Both the position numbers and the translations under genes were made by a program. Below, piece by piece: positions 9,169-20,235 of a stretch of 64,000 nt of DNA. The stretch lies in assembly GCA_046582655.1 (NCBI GenBank), contig JAYGDX010000259.1, positions 24,343 through 88,342 of the forward strand, in the 5' to 3' direction. Under the pieces are notes generated by a model. The model ran no database searches and had not been told where the DNA came from. It saw only the letters and a list, made by a program, of their open reading frames with translations. This DNA comes from Candidatus Poribacteria bacterium. Lineage in GTDB: Bacteria > Poribacteria > WGA-4E > UBA9662. Numbering within the stretch: position 1 is the first letter of the stretch; each line of letters begins with the position of its first letter.

Positions 9169-11648
9169 CTAGAATTGCACCGATATAGATGCATTAATTC
9201 TGCGTCCAAAACCATAAAATATCTTTGTTGTTTCTGCATTATGTTCTTTCCCATCAATTCCATCACTGGCATAGGCAGTATCAAGTAGGTTTAGGATATG
9301 CAGACCGAAGACTAGATTATAACTCGACAGCTCCATACTGTAACCGGCGTGTAAATCAAGCAATGAAACAGAGTCTAATTTATATGCGTCATCCCTTGTC
9401 TTGTTATTTCTGTTTTCAGGATTAAAGGCAGCATAGTGGTTATCGAAGTATTTAAGTACGCCAGTAATCCCTAAATCCGCAATTGGAGTTAGATTAATCC
9501 TTCCAGAAACTTGCGTTTGAGGCGCGTCACCCACATGCAGCCCATCAGAATAGATTTTAACATCGTATGTGTCTTTACGTCCGTAATCATCTGTTACTGT
9601 GGCAGCGACGTCTCCACTCCAAACCCAGCTTCCAATTAACATTGAGCCTCCTAACGAAACTAATTCATTTAGTATGAATAAGCCATCAAGCTCTATGCCG
9701 CTGTGGTTGGCATTCAGTCCTTGAATGTTGTAGATGTTTCAACCGTCATCTTTCCCTTTGCTAGTTCTTACGAGTGCTTTGTCCTGCCATACTGTATAGT
9801 AGTAATCTATATCCACGATATATTTACTTGAACGATAACCCGTACCTAATTCAAAAGCTGTGATCTTTTCATTCTTAGCTTCCGGATTAACCGTATTATT
9901 ATAATTCAAGTAAACATTATGGAAGTTAGGCGCAATTGATAAACTGCCGATATTTCCGAACACATTTATCTGAGAGTTAACGTTATAGTTAGCACCAACC
10001 TTTGCAGCGTATCCAGGGAAATTGGCCGTCTCAGACATTTTCTCTTCCGGTTCGTAATTGAAAGGATCCTCCCTCTGGTATTGAGTGTTTGAAAAAGCCA
10101 ACGACCTGAAGGCTGACAGCGTATCCGTCTTATATTCAGTTTGTCCAAATTCCCCAATCCATTTATTGTAGCCGGTATTGAAATAAGCGATTTTATCCCC
10201 AACTTTAGCGGCGTTACCATCTGGTACATTTTTATCACTGTAATCAACGTAGTAATCTCCACCGAGCAAGTTTTGAACCTCTCGATAGTGAATGCCAGAA
10301 TAAGCTCGGGCATCAATTCCACCACTTAATGTTATTTGATTTGTCAACAAGTGATTGAGCGATGAGATAACCCCATACCAGTTATGATGGTTTACCGATG
10401 CCCGAATGATATACTTCGAGCGTTTTTCAGACTTCGAAAACATATGTTCCATCGTCCCCATGTTTGGGATTGATGTATTTCCAATTTTTTTCTCATCATC
10501 CCCATCATCCCACCTTAGTATAACCACGTGAGTTGAGTGGCCCCGTACCACCGCCACGGCCATTAGAACCATAGATACTGTAGATAGCTTTGCTTTATTG
10601 CCAACCTTCCAATACCAGTTCAAGTTATAAACTGGTTTGTGATAATAGTTGGTACGACTGTTGATCAACCATTTTCCACCGACCTTTTTAAGTAACTGAA
10701 TATTTCCACCAAACAACGCGCTGGAAATGAAGTCCATAGACTCACCACCATAAGATCCTTCTTTCATTAAATTTCTTGCATCATCGCCTACATATCCCCA
10801 ACCACTTCCTGTGGAACCGCTATTAACTTTGCGGTCGTCTGGGCTACCGTATCTAGTATCGTAATTAAAAGATTCCCAGTCCTTGGCAGTGTGTTTATTA
10901 TCTCCGTCGCGTTGCCCATGCTGCTGAGGCGCTCCAAGAAGTGTAAAATCAAATGAATGATTACCAAAGGTCTTATTGGCGGTGAAAAAGTAAGAGTACG
11001 CATCCGTCCATGTTCCATCTACATAACCATTCCCGGTTTTCTTTTGTAACAGAAATGATGTTGCGATGTCGTTATTCAATTTACCGGTGGAGTAAGACAA
11101 AGTGGTCTTCAAAAAACTTTGAGAACCAAATTCTTGTTTAAAGGTACCACCCTTTTTCATATCAGCAGCAGAGGTAAGGACGTTGATAGTTCCACCAACC
11201 GAAGCAATAGCGAAGTTACTGGCTCCTAAACCTCGTTGCACTTGAATAGAATTAGTAACATCACTCATTCCATCCCAATTGGACCAGTAAACCCAGCCAT
11301 TTTCCATATCGTTAACAGGGACTCCATTAATTCTGCCACGTTTCGCTGATTAAATCCGCGAACATTAACTCGGCTGTCTCCTGATCCACCATCCGACATC
11401 GAAGCGTAAACGCTAGGAGTCTCACTCAATATCATTGGTAAATCTCGCGAAGCGAGCCTGTCACTTAAATCAGATTTGCTAACATCAGAAAAAGCAACAG
11501 GAGTTTCCCTGACTGTGGCTCGATTGGCTATAACACTAATTTCTTCCAATTCTATTTCTGTAGGTTCTTCGACATTTTCTTTTTGTCCAAAAGCCGAGAA
11601 TGTAGAAATCATTGACACAAAAAAGATTAATATGGAGAGCTTTTTCAT
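9169..11648 (-). pseudogene. TonB-dependent receptor, disrupted
   Basis: Plug motif RVNVRGFNQRNVA / NGVPVNDMENGWVYWSNW is split by a frameshift near 11330. YGSNGRGGGTG (10541-10573) is out of frame. In-frame TGA at 9739-9741. C-terminus GRRINASISVQF. Confidence 0.85.
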
Positions 11649-11943
11649 CCTTAAAATGAGTTTCCTTACCTGATGTAGAATTTAAATGTTAGATTGATCG
11701 GTGTATTCGAATATCAAGTATAATTTGAAGTTAACGGGGGAAATACCATCTTGAAAATTAGAAGTCAAGATATTTTGTTAACTTGTTAATTTTGTTATGG
11801 ATTTGTGATTTTAAAAAATGTGAAAAACCTTAGCTGTACTTTTTTGGCTAATGATGGACTGCTAATGAAGATCCCCAAATTAAGAAGGTTAGAAACTATA
11901 AAATGTCTTTCTGTAGTAGGGGCCGCACATGTTTAAATTTAAT

Positions 11944-13374
11944 TTATTTTAGCAATTCGTAAAAATCTCGATCTCCACGAATATTGTCGAAAGCAGTATC
12001 TATCTTTAACAGTTCAGTTGCTTCATGTCCAACAAGACTTATCGCTTGCTGAAGAGAACTTATAGCTAATCCTTTTTGGTTATTTAGTGAATACATGCGC
12101 GCTAAGCTATAGTAACCTTTTCCATACTCGGGATCAATACGCATAGTTTCGTTCAAGTGATTAATGGCTTTATCGATCAGGCCTTTGTTTGCGTAAATTA
12201 TTCCTAAATTATAGTGAGCAGAGATGCTATAAGGATTAATAAGGATAGCTTCTTTTAGGTGATAAATAGCTTCGTCAATTTTCTGGTTTTGGTCATAAGC
12301 AATATCTGCTAGCATAAGGTGCGCTTTCTCATAATTCGGGTTGACGCGAATAACCTCTCGCATGTGATGAATAGCCTGGTCCGGATTTCCTTGTTTACTA
12401 TAGATAGATCCCAAATTGTAATGCGCCTGTAAAAAGTCGGGATTGATGCGAATAACCTCTCGCATATGATGAATAGCCTGATCCGGATTTCCTTGTTGTT
12501 GATGAAAAGTCCCTAAATCGTAGCGGCCATATTCATCATTAGGGTTGATACGGATAACTTCTTGGTAGACCTTGATAGCTTTATCTAACTCTCCATGTCG
12601 AGAATAAACTAGGCCAAGGTTGACATGCGCTTCGAACAAATTGGGATTGATACCAATAGCTTGTTCATACATTTCAATGGCTTTTTCGATTCTGCCCTGT
12701 TCAGAATAGGCAACGCCTAGATTGACGTAGGATGAGGCATCTTTGGGATTGATACGGATGACTTCTTTCAGGTGATGAATAGCCTCGGTTATCTTGGCTT
12801 GCTCTCCATAAACTATTTCACTCAATGAACGGTGCGTTTCCTCATGGTTGGGGTTGATGCGGACAACCTCCTTTAAGTGATAAACGGCCTTTTGAATTTC
12901 ACCCTTTACCTTATAGCAATTGCCTAAACTCAGGTGCGCACGGTAGTAATCAGGGTTAATCTGTATTGCTTTTTGATACTCTTCTATTTTATCTTCGGTT
13001 TCCTCCAAAACCTGCCCTATTAAATAGTGATAAATCTCATTTCCCGGATGTTGTTTAATTTTCGCCCGATATTCATTGATAACCTGATTGGATCTTCCTT
13101 GTTCCGCCATGAGATGGATATATTCAAGATGAGCTTTTAAATGCAGTTGATCTATCCGAATGGCATTCTTAAATTCCTCTATCGCTTTCCGTGGGTTTTG
13201 CTGTTTTATACTGGCTCCAAGCTCGTAATGATTTTTTGCTGTTTCATGTAGATTAACTTCATCTTTTTTCTCATAGGATTTGATTTTCTTATCGACACAA
13301 CTAGTCGCAACTATAAGAAAACATACCGTCAATATTAGATTTGAAAGAGGAAGCCTAATGGATATATTTTTCAA
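11944..13374 (-). CDS. TPR-repeat lipoprotein
   Basis: Lipobox VATSC; many 34-aa TPR units (AHYNLG, INP); C-terminal DTAFDNIR cap. Confidence 0.88.
   Translation of the reverse strand: MKNISIRLPLSNLILTVCFLIVATSCVDKKIKSYEKKDEVNLHETAKNHYELGASIKQQNPRKAIEEFKNAIRIDQLHLKAHLEYIHLMAEQGRSNQVINEYRAKIKQHPGNEIYHYLIGQVLEETEDKIEEYQKAIQINPDYYRAHLSLGNCYKVKGEIQKAVYHLKEVVRINPNHEETHRSLSEIVYGEQAKITEAIHHLKEVIRINPKDASSYVNLGVAYSEQGRIEKAIEMYEQAIGINPNLFEAHVNLGLVYSRHGELDKAIKVYQEVIRINPNDEYGRYDLGTFHQQQGNPDQAIHHMREVIRINPDFLQAHYNLGSIYSKQGNPDQAIHHMREVIRVNPNYEKAHLMLADIAYDQNQKIDEAIYHLKEAILINPYSISAHYNLGIIYANKGLIDKAINHLNETMRIDPEYGKGYYSLARMYSLNNQKGLAISSLQQAISLVGHEATELLKIDTAFDNIRGDRDFYELLK
12341..12497. repeat. Recently duplicated TPR unit (102-bp period)
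   Basis: 12341-12395 and 12443-12497 are identical at 52 of 55 nt. Confidence 0.85.
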
Positions 13375-13484
13375 AATACAGCCTAACTAGTATCAGAAAT
13401 TACTATTGTTTTAGATATCGAGGGACGGTGGAAAGTTTTAGTGAACAGGAACTGCAATCATCGGACAGTAAAGGGGGCTATTCT

Positions 13485-13901
13485 TCAATCTGAATCGCAC
13501 ACGTCGGAGTCGCACACTGCCCGGCTCAAGCGGTACCGATTCTTGGCAATAATCAAGTAAAAAATCTTACAAATCCTGTGAATTCCCGGAACAACATAGA
13601 TCCACGCAATATATTGGGACCAACGCAGACGTCGATAGATTTGGTAAATGGCATCAGCCCCGCAAAATGCTTTACCCTGTTGATCAATAAATCGCATTCC
13701 TGCATGTGATTGGAATTCAATGAGTTGTGGATAGGCAATATACAGGTCGGAATCCTGGTTGGGAATATAATTGAATTGTCCCGCTTTGGCTTGGCTCCGA
13801 ATTCTTTGTATGGCGTTGATGCAAAAATTGCATTGGCCATCATAGACAATTAAAGGCTTTTCTGGTTGACGCATATTTTCCTCATTATGTTTTAGGGCCA
13901 A
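13485..13901 (-). CDS. DCC1-like thiol-disulfide oxidoreductase (DUF393)
   Basis: YDGQCNFC and IAKNRYRL. Confidence 0.88.
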   Translation of the reverse strand: MALKHNEENMRQPEKPLIVYDGQCNFCINAIQRIRSQAKAGQFNYIPNQDSDLYIAYPQLIEFQSHAGMRFIDQQGKAFCGADAIYQIYRRLRWSQYIAWIYVVPGIHRICKIFYLIIAKNRYRLSRAVCDSDVCDSD

Positions 13902-13937
13902 GGATTTAGGTGCATACTGAAATACAAGTGTTTCATA

Positions 13938-15644
13938 TCACATTTTTTCTGGTGCCGAAATTCCTAACAGTTTCAAGCCGTTCGAAATCACAATCTGTAC
14001 GCATCTAACAAGCACAAGTCGCGACTGCGTTAAATCCGGATGATCCATGTCCAACACGCGAAACTTATTATAGAATGTATGAAAGTGTGATGAAAGCTCG
14101 TACAGATAATTGGGGACACGGTAAGGTTCACGCTCTTCCGCAGCATTCAAAATGACTCCCGGATAGCCTGCCATTTTTTTAATAATTTGTGCCTCTTCAT
14201 CAACGGTCAGGAGATTAAGGTCGACTTGATTAATCGGCAGCTGATCAATGTTTCGATCTTTCATCTCACGAAAGATACTGCAACACCTTGCATGTGCGTA
14301 CTGGACATAGAAACTTGGGTTATCATTAGCACGTGTGACAGCCAGCTTGACATCGAAATCGAGGTGACTGTTGTTGGTTCGATTCAGAAAAAAATATCTG
14401 GCCACATCAACTGCGAACTGTTCTCCTACTGTCTCCGCCAGTTCATCTATCAACTGGTTTAGGGTATAAAGATGACCTTTTCGTTTTGACATTTCAACGC
14501 GGCTTCCATCCTGATGAACTAAATTAACCTGTTGGACAACAAGTCCTTCAAACCGGTCGGCACTATATCCAAGGGCATTGATTAGATGATCAAGATGAAC
14601 GATGTGCCCTTGATGATCAGGTCCAAGGATATCAATCAGCAAATCAAAACCGCGATCGAATTTGTCACGGTGATACGCGGCATCTGGAACGAAATAGGTG
14701 AACTCGCCATCACTTTTAATGACAACACAATCCTTGTCATCACCAAATTCAGTCATTTGAAACCAGATGGCGCCCTCTGCTTCATAAAGTAGTTTCTTTT
14801 TCGTAAAGATTTCTATAATTTGTTCAGGTTTCTTAGTGTCACGAATTACCTGTTCACTTGTCCAAACATCAAATTCAACACCAAATCGTTTCAACGTTGA
14901 CTTCTGTCCATCTAGTAAGCGCTGAATCCCGATGTCTTTGAACTTATCGATTCGAGCAGCTTCATCTAATTGTAAATATTGATCTCCTTCACTTTCAACT
15001 ATCAATCTAGCTATATCAATCAGATACTCGCCATGATAACCATCTTCTGGGATTTTTAGTTCTTCTCCGCCTAGCAACTGACGGTAGCGAACATCAATTG
15101 ACGCGCCGAGGCGTTCCACTTGCTTACCAGCATCATTAACATAGAACTCACGAATTGCATCGTAGTTAGCAACATTGAGCAAATTTACGAGTACATCCCC
15201 AACCGCTGCTGCCCGGCCACTAACAATATTGAGAGGTCCTGTGGGATTAGCACTTACGAACTCCACCAGAATTCGCTTTCTTGCACCGTCCTGCGACCGA
15301 CCGTAGCCTTCACCTTGGTGAATAATGTGTTCTAATGTTTTGTAAAGACAATCTTCTGAGATGAAGAGGTTGATGAAACCTGGTCCAGCAATCTCGACTT
15401 GACGTATCAATGGATCGTTAGCCAAATGGTTAACGATAATCCCAGCTATCTGCCTTGGCGGCATTTTCGCAGTTTTTGACAGCGACATGGCAATCGGTGT
15501 TGCGATATCACCATGCTCCGGATTCTTTGTCGGAGAAAATACAATGTCGGGTATAATATCAAGAGAGATTTCAGCATGGTTTATTGCCTGTTGAATGGCA
15601 GCTCTTAGTACTTCGCTGACCCGCAGCCTAACTTGGTCAATCAA
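13938..15644 (-). CDS. argS: Arginine--tRNA ligase
   Basis: EFVSANPTGPL, MSKRKG, YVQYAHAR and C-terminal SAPEKM. Confidence 0.97.
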   Translation of the reverse strand: MIDQVRLRVSEVLRAAIQQAINHAEISLDIIPDIVFSPTKNPEHGDIATPIAMSLSKTAKMPPRQIAGIIVNHLANDPLIRQVEIAGPGFINLFISEDCLYKTLEHIIHQGEGYGRSQDGARKRILVEFVSANPTGPLNIVSGRAAAVGDVLVNLLNVANYDAIREFYVNDAGKQVERLGASIDVRYRQLLGGEELKIPEDGYHGEYLIDIARLIVESEGDQYLQLDEAARIDKFKDIGIQRLLDGQKSTLKRFGVEFDVWTSEQVIRDTKKPEQIIEIFTKKKLLYEAEGAIWFQMTEFGDDKDCVVIKSDGEFTYFVPDAAYHRDKFDRGFDLLIDILGPDHQGHIVHLDHLINALGYSADRFEGLVVQQVNLVHQDGSRVEMSKRKGHLYTLNQLIDELAETVGEQFAVDVARYFFLNRTNNSHLDFDVKLAVTRANDNPSFYVQYAHARCCSIFREMKDRNIDQLPINQVDLNLLTVDEEAQIIKKMAGYPGVILNAAEEREPYRVPNYLYELSSHFHTFYNKFRVLDMDHPDLTQSRLVLVRCVQIVISNGLKLLGISAPEKM

Positions 15645-16107
15645 TTTTTATCCCAAATCCATCGTCATCAAAAATAAAATCATCAAGTTCGAAGTCGTCA
15701 AGTTCGTCATATTCTTCGTCAATCTCATAGTTGACTTCTATGAGATTAGTATTGATTTCTGGTAACTCAATCTCCAATGCGTCAGACCAAAGCCGTTCTA
15801 AATCATAAGTTTTCCGTTTTTCATGCAGGAAAATATGCACCACAACATCAACGTAATCAAGAAGAATCCAGTCTCCTTTACGCTGACCTTCCCGATGCCA
15901 TGGTCGCTGATCCCACCTTTCCCTAATATCTTCTACTACCTTTTCGGATATTCCTTCAACTTGCCGGTTCGAGTTCCCACTACAGATGACAAAAAAATCC
16001 GTGAATCCACCAAGCTCCCTGAGATCAAGGATTCTGGCATCTTCGGCACGCCGACTTAACGTAGCAATGGCCGCAGTTTTTGCCATCTCTAGTGCATCAT
16101 TTTCCAA
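15637..16107 (-). CDS. rsfS: Ribosome silencing factor with an acidic C-terminal tail
   Basis: DFFVICSG, WILLDYVDVVVHIF and YDLERLW. Confidence 0.95.
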   Translation of the reverse strand: MENDALEMAKTAAIATLSRRAEDARILDLRELGGFTDFFVICSGNSNRQVEGISEKVVEDIRERWDQRPWHREGQRKGDWILLDYVDVVVHIFLHEKRKTYDLERLWSDALEIELPEINTNLIEVNYEIDEEYDELDDFELDDFIFDDDGFGIKID

Positions 16108-16110
16108 TTT

Positions 16111-16698
16111 TTACTTCTCTCTTTTTTTATCTAATAAACGAAGTACAGTGTTGTAAACATCAATGGTATTCGGATGAATTAACACATTGTCTTCGATTTG
16201 TCTGATAATTTTGTTTCGGGCTACTTCGAGCATTGCTGAATCGAGGTCAATCTCTGCGATTTTATAAACATCACCTGCAACTTGATAGTTTCGTTTCGGT
16301 TCACAAAAATCAGCGACATATAGGATCTTGTCAACTAGTGACATCCTTTTAGCACCGGTAGTATGATTTCGAATGGCATTGAGTATATCTGGATCTGTTA
16401 TACCAAAATGATCTTTTGCATATTCAGCACCAATTTTTGCATGCAACAATGCTGGATTTTCTTTCTCGATTTGGTCAAGTTTTATCTGGTATTTTTTTGA
16501 GAGTTCGATCAATATTTTATCGTCTATCCACTTGACGCAATCGTGCAAAAGTGCGGCTAGTTCTACTTTTCGAAGATCTACTTCATATTTAGTGGCAAAA
16601 TTCATCGCTGTGTCACGTACTGATAGCACATGCTCAAAACGTGTTGGTTTAAGTTTTTCTCGTAAAAATTCCTTGATCTGCTCAAGCCTTCTTTTCAT
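16111..16698 (-). CDS. yqeK: HD-domain bis(5'-nucleosyl)-tetraphosphatase
   Basis: RFEHVLSV, ALLHD, LLHAKIGA, HTTG and LYVADFCEP; located between nadD and rsfS. Confidence 0.9.
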   Translation of the reverse strand: MKRRLEQIKEFLREKLKPTRFEHVLSVRDTAMNFATKYEVDLRKVELAALLHDCVKWIDDKILIELSKKYQIKLDQIEKENPALLHAKIGAEYAKDHFGITDPDILNAIRNHTTGAKRMSLVDKILYVADFCEPKRNYQVAGDVYKIAEIDLDSAMLEVARNKIIRQIEDNVLIHPNTIDVYNTVLRLLDKKREK

Positions 16699-16936
16699 CA
16701 GTGATGCAATCGTCCTCTACCTCATCAGGTAAGAAGTCTGCTAAAGCTTCTTCATCTTTGGTCGTCAACTCCTCGCCTGTAATTGGTGAACTAATTTGGT
16801 ATTCCTCATTGAGCCACCTAGCAAGATCAATCTGCTTGCAACGTGAACTACAAAATGGAAAATATGGAGGAAATTGTTCACCTTTTTGATACACAAAATC
16901 GAACTTTTCTTCACAGATGCTACATTCTTTTTTCAT
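16682..16936 (-). CDS. yacG: DNA gyrase inhibitor YacG (probable start ATG 16936)
   Basis: CSIC ... FPFCSSRCKQIDLARWLNEEY. Confidence 0.9.
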   Translation of the reverse strand: MKKECSICEEKFDFVYQKGEQFPPYFPFCSSRCKQIDLARWLNEEYQISSPITGEELTTKDEEALADFLPDEVEDDCITDEKKA

Positions 16937-16956
16937 CTTTTGATGGGAAATCCCTG

Positions 16957-17538
16957 TTATATGAAAAGTCTGTGTTTGGCGATATATTCTGCCACTTGTG
17001 ATGGGATGAGGTAGCGTATTGAGCGGTTTGAACAAATTCTATCCCGAATGTCAGTAGCAGAAATTTCTATCTCTGGAATTTGAAAGATCTCAACTCGGCT
17101 GATAATGTCATGCGGCACTTTTGACAATGGATAGCCAGGACGTGTAGTGGCGATAAAATGACAGATGTTTAGAATCTCATCCCAATCTTTCCAGATCTTA
17201 AATTCTATCAATGAATCCGCGCCAATAATCCATGCTAATTCACAATCATTCCCATAAAGTTCTTGTAACTCCCTGATTGTTTGGATTGCGTATGATCGTC
17301 CTTTGCGGTCTAACTCGATCCTCAGCACATCAAAATGTGGATTATCTGCAACTGCCATTCGAGTTATTTCATAGCGATGTTCTGAATCAATAATATCATG
17401 TGCTCCTTTGTGCGGAGGACGTGCAGATGGAATAAATAATACGTGATCATAGTTGAGTTTATCACGCACCTGTTCAGCGCTAATTAAGTGTGCATTATGA
17501 ATTGGGTTAAATGTCCCTCCCATAATTGCAATTTTCAT
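16957..17538 (-). CDS. nadD: Nicotinate-nucleotide adenylyltransferase
   Basis: GGTFNPIHNAH, PPHK, IIGADS and ISATDIR. Confidence 0.96.
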   Translation of the reverse strand: MKIAIMGGTFNPIHNAHLISAEQVRDKLNYDHVLFIPSARPPHKGAHDIIDSEHRYEITRMAVADNPHFDVLRIELDRKGRSYAIQTIRELQELYGNDCELAWIIGADSLIEFKIWKDWDEILNICHFIATTRPGYPLSKVPHDIISRVEIFQIPEIEISATDIRDRICSNRSIRYLIPSQVAEYIAKHRLFI

Positions 17539-17732
17539 GGAATTTCTATGTACTAGCGTACACTTTACAATGTTATTGAAACGCTAAGGGATTTTCTTAG
17601 AAATAACAGCAAGATCAAAAAAACGTGTCTTTGAGCTGAATTGAACAACAATATTAGAATTAACTATAATTAACATTATAACCTAATTTTGGTGATTTAT
17701 GCCAAAGCGAAACGTTCGATTTTGATTTTGAA

Positions 17733-17762
17733 TTGACAACTAAAAGATGAAATTGTTAAACT
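17733..17762 (+). promoter_or_regulatory. Putative sigma70 promoter for the batC-like operon
   Basis: TTGACA-18 bp-TAAACT with an extended TG. Confidence 0.5.
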
Positions 17763-17780
17763 AATTTCATAGGATCACCT

Positions 17781-18458
17781 ATGAAAAGCACAATTGTTCT
17801 CTTCTGCACAATTTCTCTCCTTACTGGTTTTCTCGGTGGATGGAGGAGTCTAATTAAGGCAGGGAATAAAAGCTACAAGACTGGCAATTTTACAAAAGCC
17901 AAGAAAATATATCAATCTGCGATTGATACCAAGCCGGATGAACCGATATCGAACTATAATTTAGGAGTAGCGCTTTATCAGAACAAGGAGTTTGATCAAG
18001 CAGAAAAATATTTCCTGAAATCTATAAACCAGCTAACACTGGGAAAACAAAACAAAGCATACTACAATCTGGGGAACTCACAGTTTCAAATGGGTAACTT
18101 TGAGGATGCCATTCGGTCCTACAAATCAGCTTTACGCAACAATCATGTAGATTTGGACTCCAAGCATAATCTTGAGCTCGCGCTTGAAAAATTAGCCCAA
18201 CAGCAGCGAGATCAAGAATCATCAAACAACCAAGAACAAGCCAATAACGAAAATAAGGATGGCAACCAAAACCAACAGCGGCAGAATTCAAAACAGCAAC
18301 AACAAAATCAGATAGCCCCCGATGTGCAGAAGATGTCGGAAGCAGACGCAATTCGGCTGTTAGAAGCTCTGAAAAATGATGAGCATGAAATTCGTAGGCA
18401 GATTTTACGCCGGCAAATTGCACGGCAGAAACTCCCAAGCTCTGACAAGGATTGGTAA
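17781..18458 (+). CDS. BatC-like TPR protein with a Q/N-rich linker
   Basis: YNLG TPRs, KHNLELAL, a Q-rich stretch, AIRLLEAL and the KDW terminus. Confidence 0.85.
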   Translation: MKSTIVLFCTISLLTGFLGGWRSLIKAGNKSYKTGNFTKAKKIYQSAIDTKPDEPISNYNLGVALYQNKEFDQAEKYFLKSINQLTLGKQNKAYYNLGNSQFQMGNFEDAIRSYKSALRNNHVDLDSKHNLELALEKLAQQQRDQESSNNQEQANNENKDGNQNQQRQNSKQQQQNQIAPDVQKMSEADAIRLLEALKNDEHEIRRQILRRQIARQKLPSSDKDW

Positions 18459-20235
18459 GACATTTCTCAGTCAACAACATTCCAGCTTTAGATTTCAGTT
18501 ATTATGCCTGGTATTTTTCATCTTCAGTTCGTCAGGGTTCGGGCAAAGCACATCTGTATCTGCAACTCTTACACCAGAAACGATTGCTGTTGGTCAAAGC
18601 GGCACCTTTAAAATCACCGTATCAAGTAACAGGCGATTAGAAGCGATTAAACCTCCAGAGCTTGGTTCCTTATTGCCTTCCAGTTTTTACGCCTTCTATC
18701 TCGGAACGCAGAACCAGTACAATACCATCAACACACAAATGTCTGTGTCGAAAACGTGGTCTTATTCTGTGATCCCGCAAAAAGAGGGCTCATTTACAAT
18801 TCCAGATATTGTTTTTCCACTTGATGGTAAAAATTACCAAACGCGGCCGATTACTATCACAGTTACGCCGAGGATCCAACCACGAAACCAAACTGATCCT
18901 CAAAAACGTACTTGGTCTCGGAATTTATTTAATGATCCTTTTTATGGTGGTACTCAAAAAGTTGAAGCCAGTATCGACAATCAATCTCCGTATGTTGGAG
19001 AGCAAATTACCTATACTTTTCGTTATTTACACACGGCGGTTCTCCCTAGTATCGATTCTCCCAAGTACCAATCTCCGCCTATGAATCGGTTTTGGAAGTC
19101 CCAATTGGGACAACAGGAATCCAAGATAGAAGTCATTAGCGGTACACAGTTTCGGGTGGCAGAAATTAAAACTGCCCTGTTTCCTATGATGACTGGTAGT
19201 ATCACAATTGACCCCGCCACACTTTCCTTGCCAACCTCGATTGGACTTAGCAATTGGTCTACTCCTAGGCAGTTAACGACCGAGGCTATTAAGGTTGATG
19301 TACGTCCTCTGCCAGAAACAGGCAAGCCAACTAGCTTTGAAGGTGTAGTTGGGAAATACCGAATTACATCAGAAGTGGATCAAGCTAAAGTTAAAGTTGG
19401 TGAAGCAATAACGATGCACGTTAGAATTTCTGGTACTGGTAATATTGAAACTCTACCGGAATTAAAAACACCTGAGATGATTGATCTGACAATTTATGAT
19501 CCTAAGATCACAGATGTTACACAGGATACAGATGGGAAAATTCAAGGGAGTCGGACCTACGAATATGTCATTATTCCATCGAAATCAGGCCGTTTTACAA
19601 TTCCGGTAATCGAGGTTTTCTATTTTGATCCTGACAAGGAAAAATATGAAATTATGTCTACTAATCAGATTTTACTACAGATTTTGCCTGGAACTACAAT
19701 TGAATCTAAGATTACTTGGTCGGATTCATCAACGTCAGCCACCAATGAAATGAACACTGAAACGGGGCTGTATAAGATTTTCGCTTGGAGTTTTGGTGTT
19801 CTATTTATTGGTGTTATAGGCATAATTTACAGAATCAGGGTTTATAACCACCAGCAAAGTCAGGTAGACCAACCGAAATTGCAGCAACAGAATGCTTATA
19901 CGAATGTGCTTACAATACTTGATCAAGCCCAATCTTTTACCGACCTCGCAAATGCCATCTACAATTACGTTGGTGATAGTTTTGATAATAGCTCGGTTGG
20001 ACTCAATCCAGAAATTGTAAAACAACAACTGCGTTTGGGAAATGTACCGGAATTGTCTATTGATGAAATAGTAAGAATTTTAAGGGAATGTGACATGGCT
20101 AGATTTACTCCAATTACTAGTCAGGATAGTGAGCTAAAAACAGCAGTGGAACAAGCGAAAAATGTACTTGAAAAGATTAAAGAAGAACTAGGTGAGAAAG
20201 GGTACGCAAAACATGCTAATAAAGTTTCAAGATAA
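18376..20235 (+). CDS. BatD family protein (true start probably further downstream)
   Basis: Ig-like BatD repeats (PYVGEQITY, VRPLP, SGTGN, YFDP) and a C-terminal TM segment. Confidence 0.85.
   Translation: MMSMKFVGRFYAGKLHGRNSQALTRIGKTFLSQQHSSFRFQLLCLVFFIFSSSGFGQSTSVSATLTPETIAVGQSGTFKITVSSNRRLEAIKPPELGSLLPSSFYAFYLGTQNQYNTINTQMSVSKTWSYSVIPQKEGSFTIPDIVFPLDGKNYQTRPITITVTPRIQPRNQTDPQKRTWSRNLFNDPFYGGTQKVEASIDNQSPYVGEQITYTFRYLHTAVLPSIDSPKYQSPPMNRFWKSQLGQQESKIEVISGTQFRVAEIKTALFPMMTGSITIDPATLSLPTSIGLSNWSTPRQLTTEAIKVDVRPLPETGKPTSFEGVVGKYRITSEVDQAKVKVGEAITMHVRISGTGNIETLPELKTPEMIDLTIYDPKITDVTQDTDGKIQGSRTYEYVIIPSKSGRFTIPVIEVFYFDPDKEKYEIMSTNQILLQILPGTTIESKITWSDSSTSATNEMNTETGLYKIFAWSFGVLFIGVIGIIYRIRVYNHQQSQVDQPKLQQQNAYTNVLTILDQAQSFTDLANAIYNYVGDSFDNSSVGLNPEIVKQQLRLGNVPELSIDEIVRILRECDMARFTPITSQDSELKTAVEQAKNVLEKIKEELGEKGYAKHANKVSR

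Noticed and set aside
11650..11940. Riboswitch (cobalamin or TPP) upstream of the TonB receptor
   Set aside because: No recognisable conserved aptamer motifs; the sequence is AT-rich.
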